Source: Mytilus edulis (Eukaryota). Taken from it: a stretch of DNA of 64,000 bases. Location: assembly GCF_963676685.1 (NCBI RefSeq), contig NC_092348.1, positions 59,830,001 to 59,894,000 on the forward strand, given 5' to 3'. The position numbers were made by a program, and so were the translations under genes. Shown here in pieces: positions 49,387 to 62,700 of this stretch (position 1 is the stretch's first letter; each line of letters starts with the position of its first letter). Under the pieces are notes generated by a model. It saw nothing but the letters and a program-made list of their open reading frames with translations. It was not told the origin of the DNA and did no database searches.

Positions 49387-52300
49387 AAATAGAAAATTTC
49401 ATCCTGGTAACTATGGTTTATTTCTATGGTGACTTTATTTAAAGCCACTGAATCGATGCCACAGCTATTGAAGGTTTTCTCTTTTATGGTAGTACTAGCC
49501 TAGTGGTAAGCATTTCTGTGTTGACATGATTATCATTGAAATGGTCAGTTATATTTGAATTTTTTAGATACAAAGAATTTATTTTTTATTTGTTATTTTG
49601 TCTGATATTGTTTTTGTGTCTTATCGTTTGTAGATTTAATTCTATTTTTAATTTTCTATTCGTATGTAAAAGTAAAAATAATTAATCACCGCGTTCATTG
49701 TATGATTTTAGTTTAAAGCAACCATGGCACATAATTTATTTGTTTGACACAGTTTGATTTGGAAAAAAACAGACATAGTTATAAAGTGCAGTTAGTTGCA
49801 CAATTATAAACACAATTTTATATTGATATTCTTGTAATTGTTATAACATACATCAAATAACATAATTATAAACCGAATCTCTAACTTTTAGAAATTTAAC
49901 TGTGACGTCACTTTTTTGTAGCTTTGATACATTGTGTGACACACAGTTCGTAATTCTATTATGCTGTTACTGTGTACTGTCCTAAATCTATTTAAGGTAT
50001 TCGTTTTTATTCTCTGGTTAACATGTCGAAATGTACTATTATATCATTGATTCTCTGTACTGCATTTTTTTGTACTGTACTCCTGTCATGTAATGTTGTT
50101 TTTTAAGAGGTATATTTAACATTGCCATAAAGCGCGACGTTTGGCTAGCCAGAAAACCAGGTTCATCCCACCATTTCTTTTACTTAAATTTCTAAACAAA
50201 GTATAAGAAACGCGCGTCTATTGTACAATTTGTTGAATATTGTATCTGTGATGGGTTTATTTATAATAATATTATTTTTAGCACAAAAAAATACCGAAGT
50301 TTAGGTTTCAAAAAAGGCATATTACCCATTCTTTCACAGTGAATTATCCTTCAAGATCGTCTTGTTTCGACATCTATCATAAGGTGATGTAAAAGGAACG
50401 AAGATCTACAATTTAAGCCAATTGCTTTTTTATTAATAAAAACACGTCCGGTTAGATTTGGAACGTTAAATCAGAGTCCGTTTAGAGATAGTACAACGCT
50501 TTGTGTACGATTGGAATTCTCGCAACAATTCTTGAAGTGTCTTTAGGTGACCTGTTGCAAGTAAATAGTTTTTTTCCCTATCCAATTCCTCTTCATTTTC
50601 CAGTGACAATCTAAAATTCCCCGGCCTGCATTCCGAACGGCTTTTACAACAGGACCTACCTATTGTATTTTTTTTAATTTGTTCTTCTCCTGAACATTTT
50701 GCCCCTGTACGTTAAGCAATCAACAGTCAACAAATGAATCAATGTATCGAAAATATTCGATATTGTGAAATACTTTATCATTTTCATAAGTGTCATTGCA
50801 TATCATTTTAGTAAGGATTAAGTTAATTTTTGTTTGTACAAATTGTAATCAAGATACAACTTTTGATTGGAATAGATCGTATGCAAAAATATTTCTACAA
50901 TTGTCTCATTAATATATTGTTGTCTAAATTTCACTTAAAACAAAATTCTATGTTTTGTAGTTGTAAGTAATACACAATAAAAGTATAAGTTTTACAAGTT
51001 AAAAATTATACATGATCCATTGATGTATGAAAGCATTTTCTGCATTACGTCATACTTACATTAATAGTTTGTACCGGAATGAGAATACTTTTGTATTAAT
51101 TTCGAATAAAGTTATATATTTCGGACAAATTTTCGAGTATATGGCGACCAATAAACATAACAGGATACATAAACTATTTTAATATGTTAGCACAAACGTT
51201 ATTTTTGGCAACATGTCGTCATTCTATTCAGAACTAGTAACTTCATAGTAAAATTGGCAACTGCGTGCGAAAATATAAATTCTTTTGACACGAAACTCTT
51301 ATCTAAAACTACGTGCAGTTTAAAGAGTTACACAGAATACAATGTTCACATGAATTCTATAACACTGTGAATGCTGAATCTGAAATGGTTTGTTCGGCTA
51401 TTTTAGAGACTGAATTTTCTGTTTCTTTGTTACAACATTTGCATACTCCGAAAAGTGTTTTCATCACTTTGTCTAATGAATTGAAAGAATGGCAGCACAA
51501 CGGTAAACAGTTCCAATTTTTCAAAACTTGAGGCAAACAACTTTTGCATTTTGATTGGCAACAGTTTATGATACAAATACTAAGTATAGAAAATAATATC
51601 ATTGAGCCAATAATTGAAAATGGCAGCGTTCCCGAAAGAGATAAACCAAAAATGAAACATGGAAGAACAAGGAACATCACTATCAAATATACGACTGAAA
51701 ACCAGTGCAGTGATATTTCCCAGCTTTTTCTCAAGATTAATTGGCGCTTTTCTTGTAATCGGTATAGGATAAAATAAAAATGAGGTGAAAAAATAAATGA
51801 CAAAGTGTAATTTGAAGTGCGTATGGTATAGCATTAGCAGGACTTGCGAGAGCAGCAAGTATTCCTGAAATACATGTTCCAATATTTGCACCAAGAGTGA
51901 GGGGATACATCCGATCAAGGCTTACAACTCCAACTCCAACTAACGGCGTTAACGTTGATGTGAATACAGAGCTACTCTGGACAGAAATCGTCATTCCTGA
52001 AAAGAAAGTCAAAAAATTATTGAAGCGAAAAGAACAAACATATGATTATATCAGTTTATTACATAGCATTTTTCATATCGCATGTATTATCAGTCATAGG
52101 TTCAATATCAGCTCAAGAGCCACGATATGAAAAATGACATGTTATGACCTTTTTATCATATGCTTCAACAATTGAGAAAACAACAGATTCATTAATTGAT
52201 CCTTTTACGTGTTTCCTAAATAGAAGTTTAAAGAGTGAAAAGTTCACGAACGTCGGACCCCAAATTTAGAACATTCGATATGAATTTTTTTTTATCATAT

Positions 52301-53592
52301 GCCTCAACAGAGAAGAAACATATTTCAATATGGACGAATCGACAAAAATATACATAATGAACACTGTTTGGATAATTATCACCCGAACCAAACTATTTTT
52401 TTCAAATTATCACATGGTAAGATTAGAGCATATTCGTGGAATAAATATTTGTATTTCTCTGCACAATATTCGCTGCCGAGTAATGTTATTTAACCATCTT
52501 GAAATTAATTACCTTGTGTATATTAACGATAAAATAACATAATCAATATATATTATCAAGAGATTATTTTGGTTTATAATATAAATCTTTGAAATATCAT
52601 TTACTTAATAACATGTTAATAATGTCTTGATTTTTAATCTGGAATAAATGCATTCAGTATCTTTCATTGTTCTGAATCCACAGGTAAAATTATGTCACCT
52701 GTATTAGTCATACCAATGAAATTTCATTATTCCAAATACGAATAAAAATTGAACTATCGGGGAATACAATTGAATTATTACACATAATAGATGTTTTACA
52801 ATATATTGATTTGATATCAAGCGGACAGGTAGAGTTTATCAGAATAGATATAAGTTGCTTATGTTACTAACGAAAAGTCACTTCTATAGCTCTTAATTGG
52901 CTATTATCTATTACTTCTCTTTGTATGTTAATTGAATTATCTCCATCAAAAAAATAATTGAGTTGCAACTGAACTTGTACACTACAGTTTAATATATTTT
53001 TTTCGGAACATTTTTGTACCAAGTCAGGAATATGGTAGGTTTTTTTCACTTGTTTTGATGTTTGAAAGACTTGGTTTTGTCCGTTTTAATCGACTATCTC
53101 CTTTTGGAATTTGCTTCGGGGTTTAGTATTTTGTTATATCATTTTTATTCTGAATATCATATATTGTGTTTATTTCTTCAATACATATGTGTTCGATTAT
53201 GTATTGTAACTTGGAACATAACTTTTCATTAATAAACAAACCTGTTCCAATAAGTATTGCAACATATCCTGTCAAATGTTTAAATACTCCGGGGAAATCT
53301 GAGTTGATGATATGTTTTACGATTTTAGCCACTGAACCTTTTTAGAGTGAACTTAACAGTTTCACCAAACTGACCAAATATACCACTATAAATCTTAGTG
53401 AAATCAACAGTAAGTCTGAGTAGTTCAATATTTGAATCATACAAGTCTGTTTTGGAAAACAAATTGTCACCTGCAAAAAGGTTAAATTCTTTTTTACAAA
53501 TTTAGATATAAGGATAAGTCATCATTACTCAATGAGAAACTTATATAAATAATACCGTTATATTAATAAAAATTGTCTTGAACAGTATCGCA

Positions 53593-54062
53593 TTTTTGTG
53601 CCCCACCTACGATAGTAGAGGGGCATTATGTTTTCTGGTCTGTGCGTCCGTTCGTCTGTTCGTTCGTCCGTTCGTTTGTCCGTCTGTCCCGCTTCAGGTT
53701 AAAGTTTTTGGTCAAGGTAGTTTTTGATGAAGCTGAAGTCCAATCAACTTGAAACTTAGTACATATGCTCCTTATGATATCATCTTTCTAATTTTAAAGA
53801 CCAATTATACTTTTGACCCCAATTTCACGGTCCACTGAACATAGAAAATGAAAGTGCGAGTTTCAGGTTAAAGTTTTTGGTCAAGGTAGTTTTTGATGAA
53901 GTTGAAGTCCAATCAACTTGAAACTTAGTACAAACGTTCCCTATGATATGATCTTTCTAATTTTAATGCCTAATTATATTTTTTACCCATTTTAACGGTC
54001 CATTGAACATGGAAAATGATAGTGCGAGTGGGGCATCCGTGTACTTTGGACACATTCTTGTT
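53593..54062 (+). mobile_element. Helentron-associated non-autonomous element (HINE/DINE-1-like)
   Basis: T-rich flanks, subterminal IR tgccccac / gtggggca, 5' hairpin, TTCG/TCCG microsatellite, two 169-bp core repeats (53693, 53862) and a small 3' hairpin gtgt..acac. Confidence 0.8.
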
Positions 54063-55859
54063 TGTATATGTGATCAGTAAACTCAACACTTTCACATTTC
54101 CAAATATATCAAATATTAACTTAAGAATTTTTCAAACTTTATATGAATGGTAATTGTATTTTATGAAAACATATTTACTTTATCATCAATCATTAAATAT
54201 CACTTATGATACATATTTGGTAGTGTTAATACCTTCAATAGTATAATCTATCTCGTGTCTTTTCAACTGGTCAACAATTGTTATATCTAAAATAAAATTT
54301 TACCGTATTCTCATTTTTAAACGAAACTATATCGCAATTATATTTTTTATCTGCAGAAAAATCAAGCAAATAAACCAAAAAATATATGTCTATCACCGAA
54401 GAGTCTGAACTAATGGTTTTCATGTCTATAATTTTGAATATTCAAATTTGTAATTATTGATCTCTATTTTATAATGCCTTTATCCATTATTTCATAATCT
54501 ATATATTTTACCACCAACTTATTCCTTAATGTGTTGCACGATTGATTTATTTGCTTCGATTAATATTTTGTTATCTATACTGTTAACTTTTCCCAATGCC
54601 TGATAGATGAATCTCTTTTAAAATCTTAAAAATCAGCACAAGAAGCTTGGTTTAAACCTTAATTGATCAATAAGTGATCAAGTCACTTTTGTCGTTTATC
54701 GAAGTCACATGCTGTCATAGGATCGGATATAAACTATGTATTTAACGTTTTGCTTAGTATAGAGAAGAAAAAGAAAGTTTTATTCAGAAAAAGTGATGCA
54801 AGGCATAGATAAATATATCAGTCCATTACCATCATTTCAGAACTCATTTTAAAACAGCAGTATGAGAATCATAATATACGAGTAAACTCCTATCAAAATT
54901 CACTCAAGCAATGGAAGGTTGCAGTCTTAGGTATAGACAAATATCTTAAGGTAATTCAAGGTGTAAGTTAAAAAAAAAAAACGTTGATGAAAGGAAAAGA
55001 ATTTTACACAATTGTTATTATATTCCAAGGTATAAATAAAAGTGAAAGATAAAAAAAACACGATTATACAACACAATGACCAAGAACGCCAAACAGACAA
55101 ACATCAGTCCACAACACACAACTATGGAGTATGCAGGATACAAAAAACGGACAGTGAACTCAGATGAATAATAAGCTGTTCTTGCTTCTGTAGTGAAATT
55201 CTTGTGCATAGCATGAGGTAATTTACTAGTATTATTTAAATTGTTGGCCCTTCTATATTTTACTTACCTTAACACGTGAATATATTCCGAGCTTTCCTGG
55301 AGAAAGTTAATTACTATTTGCACACTTTCAAAATTGTCTTAATACAAGCACCTATAATAGTGTTAAGTAAAAACATAATATATTTGTTCTTATCCAAGTA
55401 TAAAAACTCATGTAAACATACTGAAATTACTATGATGGTCTGTCGTGGCATTGTATGGCTGCTTTATTTGTCTGCACCAACGATATAACATCGAACGGTT
55501 TGCAGCACCGTTTTCATTCAATGCTATGTCTGTGATAATATGCTTATTAATCTAGAAAGAAGTATTAAAAACTTTGTACAAATTACAGTTGCCCCTCATT
55601 GTAATTCATGAGGTAGACAAATCCGGCCAACGAATTGATCTATAACTATTTTCAACAACTACATGAATAAATTTATTTCAACTTTACCATCCTTGTGTTT
55701 AACCAATTATTGTAACACTTACGTTCTGGTATTATACGCAAAAGGCAAAAAGTAAATTGCATAAGATTCCATTACAATGACCAGTCTATATCAAAATCTA
55801 GTGTACAAGGTAAATTTGGTTGGGAGAAATTGACATTTTTATGTTCATTGTTTAAATAA

Positions 55860-56100
55860 CGACAAATAATGGCAACAGTAGTATACCGCTGTTCAAAATT
55901 CATAAATCGATAGAGAAAATACAAATCCGGGTTACAAACTAAAACTGAGGGAAACGTATCAAATATAAGAGAAATGTAACACACACAGAAACGAACTATA
56001 ATGTAACAATGGCCATTTTCCTGACTTGGTACAGGGCATTTTATGAAAAAAGGGTGGGTTGAACCTGGTTTTGTGGCATGCCAAACCTCCCGCTTATTAC
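55860..56100 (-). mobile_element. SINE-like repeat with a Deu/Nin-like segment
   Basis: Minus-strand aaaaccaggttcaacccacc...tgccctgtaccaagtcaggaa; related fragments at ~50120-50175 and ~43780-43860. Confidence 0.5.
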
Positions 56101-57032
56101 ACAATTATCAGCAATTTTTTTTTGCAAAAATTACAAATAAAAAAATCTTCATTGGTCTAGTCTATTTGCAATTTAATGCATTATAATGTTGAGATTTCAA
56201 CAGTCACCAACTTGTTTGATCTTGTTCATCAAATTGGTCTATTTTGCACGTTTATAGTTGGACACATAACACATAACTTTGGTCCCCAGTATTATATTAA
56301 TTTGGAATACTAGTATACAAATCAAGGTAATAAAAGAACAATGTGTGGTCTTTTGTTTATGATTACCTGGACAACGAGCTCTGTAAAGGGTCTTGTTATT
56401 AATTTTAGTAGGTCCTTCTTCTTGCCAGATTCTGTTGAATGTAAGCTTGTAACAATGGCGTTTGTCAGATGATATAAATAATGAAATGCTATTTCTATTG
56501 GTAGAAGGATTATAACAGACAACCAGTTAAACATATCTAGCACTGTTGCACCACCAAATGCCTTCCGGAACTTTTCTCGATCATTCGACTGTGTCAATGA
56601 AACTATGGTATTCGTAACTGATGTTCCAATATTTGCTCCCATTACCATTGGTATAGCGGTCTTCATTGGAATAACTTAAATAAAATACATAAACTCTTAT
56701 TCAATCACTGTAGTAAGCATTCATAAGAGATGTTGAAGATATCAAAATGACATTCACACTCATAAGTTCATCAATAACAGTATACAAACTAAACATATAT
56801 AAACTAGAGACTGTGTAACCTGAACCCCACCAAAATCAGTCTATGATCCCAGGCACTCCGACAGAGTTAATAGATCCTGCTCTATATGTTGCTGTTGTAC
56901 TCGCGTACACTCTATGATCATTCTAATTTGGAGATGCCACGTTACAGGAAAATGAGACGGGGTTTGGGTTACAACAATTAGAAGATATCCGTTGTCATCT
57001 GTGAAACATATATCACATAAAGGTCAATAGGC

Positions 57033-57255
57033 TCATGATAGTGTCCGTGCAATTTTTAAAGGAATGACTTCAACTTTACCACGTGAAACCTTTTGTACCA
57101 TCAACTCTCTGGCAAGGAAATCATAATAGTAAATACAGCCTCTGAAATATCGTATCAACTGGGAGATATATACTTCATATGCAGACTCTGTTAGATTGAT
57201 GCTACATAGAAATAGAAGCATTATGTTTGGAAAGCTGAAATCATCCGTTTTAGCT
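57033..57255 (-). mobile_element. Penelope-like retroelement RT/thumb fragment, decayed
   Basis: Translates as KTDDFSFP..LFLCSIN..SAYEVYISQLIRYFRGC..Y.DFL, resembling the KRDDFNF...SNIP..PAYGVYISQLIRY.RAC motif of Penelope-like elements. Confidence 0.7.
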
Positions 57256-59239
57256 TCATGTTTGGTTCTTTACAGTGAAATGCAGTGAAGTTTAGCATTT
57301 GATAGTTCATTAATAACATTCTGGCGTATCATAAACAAACAACTTGTAACGTCTCATTTCATTGGCCGAAAGATTCAAATACAACAACAATGTAGTCAGT
57401 GTGCACGTGAATTGACACACTTGACCGACAATGGAATGTACTATATGTTACTACGAACGTAAAAACAAGGATTTGTTTAGTTTACAAACCTTTGGTCAAA
57501 AGAATTAAATAAATCTTTTGTTAACTTCAAATAGTGGGGTCGAAATATTATACTGATATTTTGTATAAGTAATATTCTAAGTTCTTTATGCATGCAGCAA
57601 CTCAATTATCGTGTATCGCATAATGAGAAATATAAGGATAAAATAAAATGCATGTGCCGCTTTTATACGGATGAATATATGAACCACTTTTAATTTCTTT
57701 CATACTGACGATAGGTTATAATCCTAACAATGCCGTAGTCACTTATAATAAGTATCTCATAATACCATTACAATAATTGATGATGGGTTGCACTGACATT
57801 CCTCTTTTATCATTTTCATGCTATAAAACATACACACAGTAGCTAAGCGTACCATAAACGGAGGAAAATTGTCCCCCAAAATAGAAACAAAATAACTTTA
57901 ATCGTATCATTTGTGCACCTGAATGAAATCAGTGAAGGCATATTGTTGTAATAAATTGAAATGTAACATCGGCGAAGATTATTTCTTTTGCATGTGTTGA
58001 ACAAAATAATAAATTAATACTTGCGAGAAATGTCGTAGTTTATAAGGAACAATTCTCGTTTGAATTGTTTTACATTGTCATTTCGGGGCCTTTTATGGCT
58101 GACTTTGCGGTATGGGCTTTGCTCATTATTGAAAGCCGTACGGTGATTTATAGTTGTTAATTTCTGTGTTATTTTGGTCTCTTGTGGAGAGTTGTCTCAT
58201 TGGCAATCATACCACATCTTCTTTTATATATGTATTTATAGTATACAAGCTAGGTATACTCCCACAGTTAAGATTTGTCACTTTTTAAGAACACATCCGT
58301 AAAAAAACGGACGCCCACCGGACAGAAGGAATCAGAAGGGCAATCATACCACATCTTCTTTTTTTAAATATAAATGTACTGTTTTCGATTTTAAATGGAT
58401 GAACATTTAATTTTTAATTTTATACTGTAAGAATAGAGCTGCATAACATTGCTGAACTATTCGCTAAAGTACATGTAGTATGTATTCGTATTTGGAGTCA
58501 ATCAAAAACATATGTGGATTGAGTTTCTTTTTTAATTTTTCATTGAGCTTTTGGTGTCGTCCCTTGATCCAGAGGACAAATTTGAATTAAATATTTCGAT
58601 GTGAAAACTGTTAAGATTTTAAAGTTTAAAATTTTACTATTAATTGCAGAAAATTATAAAACCTATGAATTTCACATGCAGATTTATAAAAGCTAGAATT
58701 GTGATTGCATAATCAAGAACACAATCATGTACGCAAATACGACGATGGAAGCTTTAAACGACCTTGACCAGCTACGTGAATATTGATCAGTCCATTCAAC
58801 GTTATAGTACGCGTGTTCTAGTTTCACAGGTGTGAGGTCGAAGGTTTGAATTGACCAATGAAAATGATCGTTCCTTAAAGAGAATATCTAATAAAGTTTG
58901 TTTGACTGATTACGTCGCAATACCTTTCGCTAAGCTTTACCGCATATGAATATAACGACCCTCGTTGGCAATGGATTTGTAAAAATTTGATTTGATAGAT
59001 TTGTTTAACCAAGAAAGCCACCATCGTTGAGTAAATCAGGGAGACGAAATCATCTGTTTAGTGTAATATTAAGTTATAAGATAAAATTAGCTATCTTCAA
59101 TCTCCATAAGAAGCTAAGGCTTATCTACCTCAGGAATAAATTACCTAAGCTGTATTTGGCAAAACTTTTAGGAATGTTTGGTCCTCAATGCTCTTCAACT
59201 ACGTACTTTTTTTTGCCTTTTTAACATTTTTTTATTCGA

Positions 59240-59283
59240 GTGTCACTGATGAGTCTTTTGTAAACGAAACGCGCGTCTGACGT
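59240..59283 (+). ncRNA. Type I hammerhead ribozyme, core intact, weakened stem II
   Basis: GUGUCA-CUGAUGA-GUCUUUUGUAAAC-GAAAC-GCGC-GUC^UGACGU inside a repeat copy at ~59115-59325. Confidence 0.7.
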
Positions 59284-59795
59284 AAATTTAAAATTTCAAT
59301 CCTGATACCTATGAAGAGTTTATTTACCCTTACTTTTACAAGCCTGATAGGATTTAGTTAGTAGTTAGATGAAATTCTATAAAAATTAACAAATTAAGAA
59401 TTTGTTTAGTTGTCACTGTTTAACATTGCATATTACTAGCATCAATATATTCTTACATCGATTGCATCGAATAAATCATCAAATATGTCTTTCATCTGCT
59501 TATGGGAAGCTTTTTTTCAAAATTGATATACTAAATTTTAAATGAGTTATCTTCATTAATTTTGAATCAAAACAAAACTTACTATCAGATCCTACCATAG
59601 TGATAATTATCGACGTTGTAGTGGAGGAACTTTGTAAAAAAAAAGTAACCAGAAGTCCCGTCATCAAACCAGCTACCGGGTTGGTGAGAATTTTGTTCTC
59701 TCTGAAAACCTTTCCTGCTGTTTTTCCTGCAAGCTATACAGGTCATATGCCTTGTTTCTATCAGTGTTATTTTAATTCAGTTAAGCAAAAATTAC

Positions 59796-62700
59796 CTTCT
59801 CTATATTTCCTAGGCAGGAACTTCATTGTCCAGTCACATGTTATTATGGCATCCTCGTTTGTCATTTGTTGTACAATGTCAGATCTGGCTTGCTCCTGAT
59901 TCCTGGATCGTATGTCGTGAGATTTCCATCTCCTTATGGCTATAATAGATTCATCTACCTAAAAAAAAATACACAAAAATGTGTTTAAACAACTTGTTGA
60001 AAGACCTTCATTATAAATAACGATACAAAATCTTGCCAAATGACATTAACAGTAATTTATGGTTCATGACGATAAAATATACACTTTATTTTAGACAATA
60101 AAAAGTATATGATTTTGATGAATCAAGTTAACTTTTTTTCTGATGATGGTAATAATTATTTTATCAGACATCTGACAAATCACGATAAGGATATTTTGAC
60201 GAATCATGGTAAATTTAAATCAATTTGACTAACTTTGAAATATAATGGAATACAAAATGAATCAATTGAAAAAAGAGATACTTTTATTGTTTTCACATTT
60301 TTGGTATCATTGTAAAATCAAAGTTATACTTTTTTCAAGGTTATATTATCTTTTATCTTACCATATACATTGTTGCCTCTTTGTTCTGCCATGGATGCTC
60401 CTCAGCTTTTTTCTTGATGGTATTGAGACTCAATTCTAAACTTTCACAATCTTCACAAAGCTTAGTATGTTGATAATTACATTCTGAAGTATAATTTGGT
60501 TCAGAGGGACTGCTTAGAGCATATTATGTGCAGTGGTCAATAACCAAACTTTCTCTTGAAATATGTGACTAAAATTATTTAAAATTAGAGTAATTATAAC
60601 ATTTCATTTCTTTATCAACATATAAAATAAAACTAAAAAAACAAGATTTATCTATTGCCTCAAAAGTTCTTATATAGAAACTGATGTACAGTAGTTGTCC
60701 TTTGTTTGTGTAATTTATAGAATATACATGTTTCTCGTTTCTCGTTTTTTTTTATATAGATTAGACTGTTGGTTTTCCGATTGGATGGTTTTACACTTGT
60801 AATTTTGGGGCCCTTTATAGCTTGTTGTTCGGTGTGAGCCAAGGCTCCGTGTTGAAGGCCGTACCTTGACCTATAATTGTTTACTTTTATAAACTGTTAT
60901 TTGGATGGAGAGTTGTCTCATTAGCACTCATACCACATCTTCCTATACCTATAAAAAATGTTTAAAATATAAGTATTGTAGTAATAAACCAATTTTCTAG
61001 ATGTTCCAGACATTGCATAGATATTTTAAAACTCATGGTTACCTTTAATTACTTATACATCTACTTTACTTCAACTCTGGTGGATAGTTGTCTCATTGGC
61101 AATCATACCGCATTTTGTTTTAAAATCTTATGAGGTACTGTATTGTAATTGATCCATTTTTAATTCATTTGTAATCCTAGTTATTCAGAAACTTATTTCA
61201 AACTAACCTTCAACCCTGCTTTAAGATATGTTTTCGCCTTTTGTAGGCCTAATAACAAGCACTTTACTTCTTCAGTTGGCAACTCTAGTCTTTTGATGAC
61301 TTTGTCAAGTTCATCAAAACCTTTACATCCTTCCATGATGAAATTATCAAGACCCTCAACACTTTTTCTGACCACAGCTGAGCATTCATCAAGTATTTTG
61401 TACAGTGTTCTGCTCCCTACAAAACATTGAATAAGAATTCATTTCATTTCAATTTCTGAAAAAGCATCCTGATATTATAATTGTAAAATATAAGCTAAAA
61501 TCATGGTGGTAATTTGCATGGTATTGACTTAAATATGTAATTGTTTAACAGCTGACTTTTTTGGGTCATTATTGAAGGATGCACGGTGACCTTTAGTTGT
61601 TTACATCAATCAATGTCATATGAACATAATGGATAGTTGTCTCATTTGAAACCAGACCAAATCTTTCTATTTTACATAAAAATTGTGGATATGCCCATGT
61701 ACTATGTACAATATTTAGTACATTATCTTTATGGGGAAACACCTTTAAATCAACTGATACATATATTGGTAATAGGCAAATTTCAAACTACAAAAATGCC
61801 AATTCAAAGTTAAGTCCATTGATACCAAAGTCTGGTCCACCATATACACTTACTTATTTTATTTTTGGTAGAAATTGCCATTACATATATATGTTAACTC
61901 ACACATATTTCTCTTTCAACACTTATTAACAATACCAAGAGTTTCATTACAGTTACATGTACAAGGTTATGTATTGCATTCCAAATCTGGACCAATATGT
62001 TTTTCTTTGTCTCAATCTGTGTTATGTTTTTTTTTCACATACAGTAAATTGCATATCAACGTCCTATTTCTTCAAATAATTAAAGTAGGGTATTACTGTT
62101 GATAATTTCGAAACAATAGATTTCAAAACAATAGAATTATGTTCACAGATCACTTATAATAATAGACAAGATAATAAAAAAAAAGCTAACAATTATCTCA
62201 AGTGCTTTTATATAATTGGCTTAATTATGAATTTCACATGAATTTCACAAGTCCATTTGAATAACAAATTGCTTACCAAGAAGTTTAACATTCTCCTCGT
62301 TGCATAATGCTACATACTGAGAAATAATGGAGGAAGGTGTAAGACTTCGTATAACAGTTGGTATTATAATGACCTCTCCTGTTTCCGTTTTCAATGTTTT
62401 CTCACCAAAGGGTTGATCTTTAACTATCTGTCCGGACGTTATAAAGTCAATAAAATGATCTAACTGGCTTACATTATACTTTTCACTTGACAGCTTTTTG
62501 GTTGTAACTGGTTCCCCTACACCGAATTGCTCAATATGCTCTTTTGCTTGGTTAAATTTGTAACGAGTCAATCTAGGTATAAGCTGAAAATTGAAAAGAG
62601 TGGGAAAATATAAACATTTGCATAAACTGTACAATTTAATCTAAATCCAATACCACAGATCATTGCTTCAATGCTTTTAAAAATCATTTTAATTGAGAAT

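Larger units (their letters stand above)
51357..59726 (-). pseudogene. SLC34A2: SLC34 paralogue copy C, pseudogene, closer to copy B; first three coding exons not found in the window
   Basis: Exons 59726-59583, 56674-56367 and 55551-55422 are open with intact splice sites. The exon starting at 54286 loses homology near 54218 and hits TAA at 54206-54204. Exon 53470-53242 is 229 nt versus 225 (+4 frameshift) and also has TAA in the homologous frame. The last exon, 51996-51357, has two 8-nt deletions relative to copy B, which splits it across three ORFs in the track. Confidence 0.9.
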
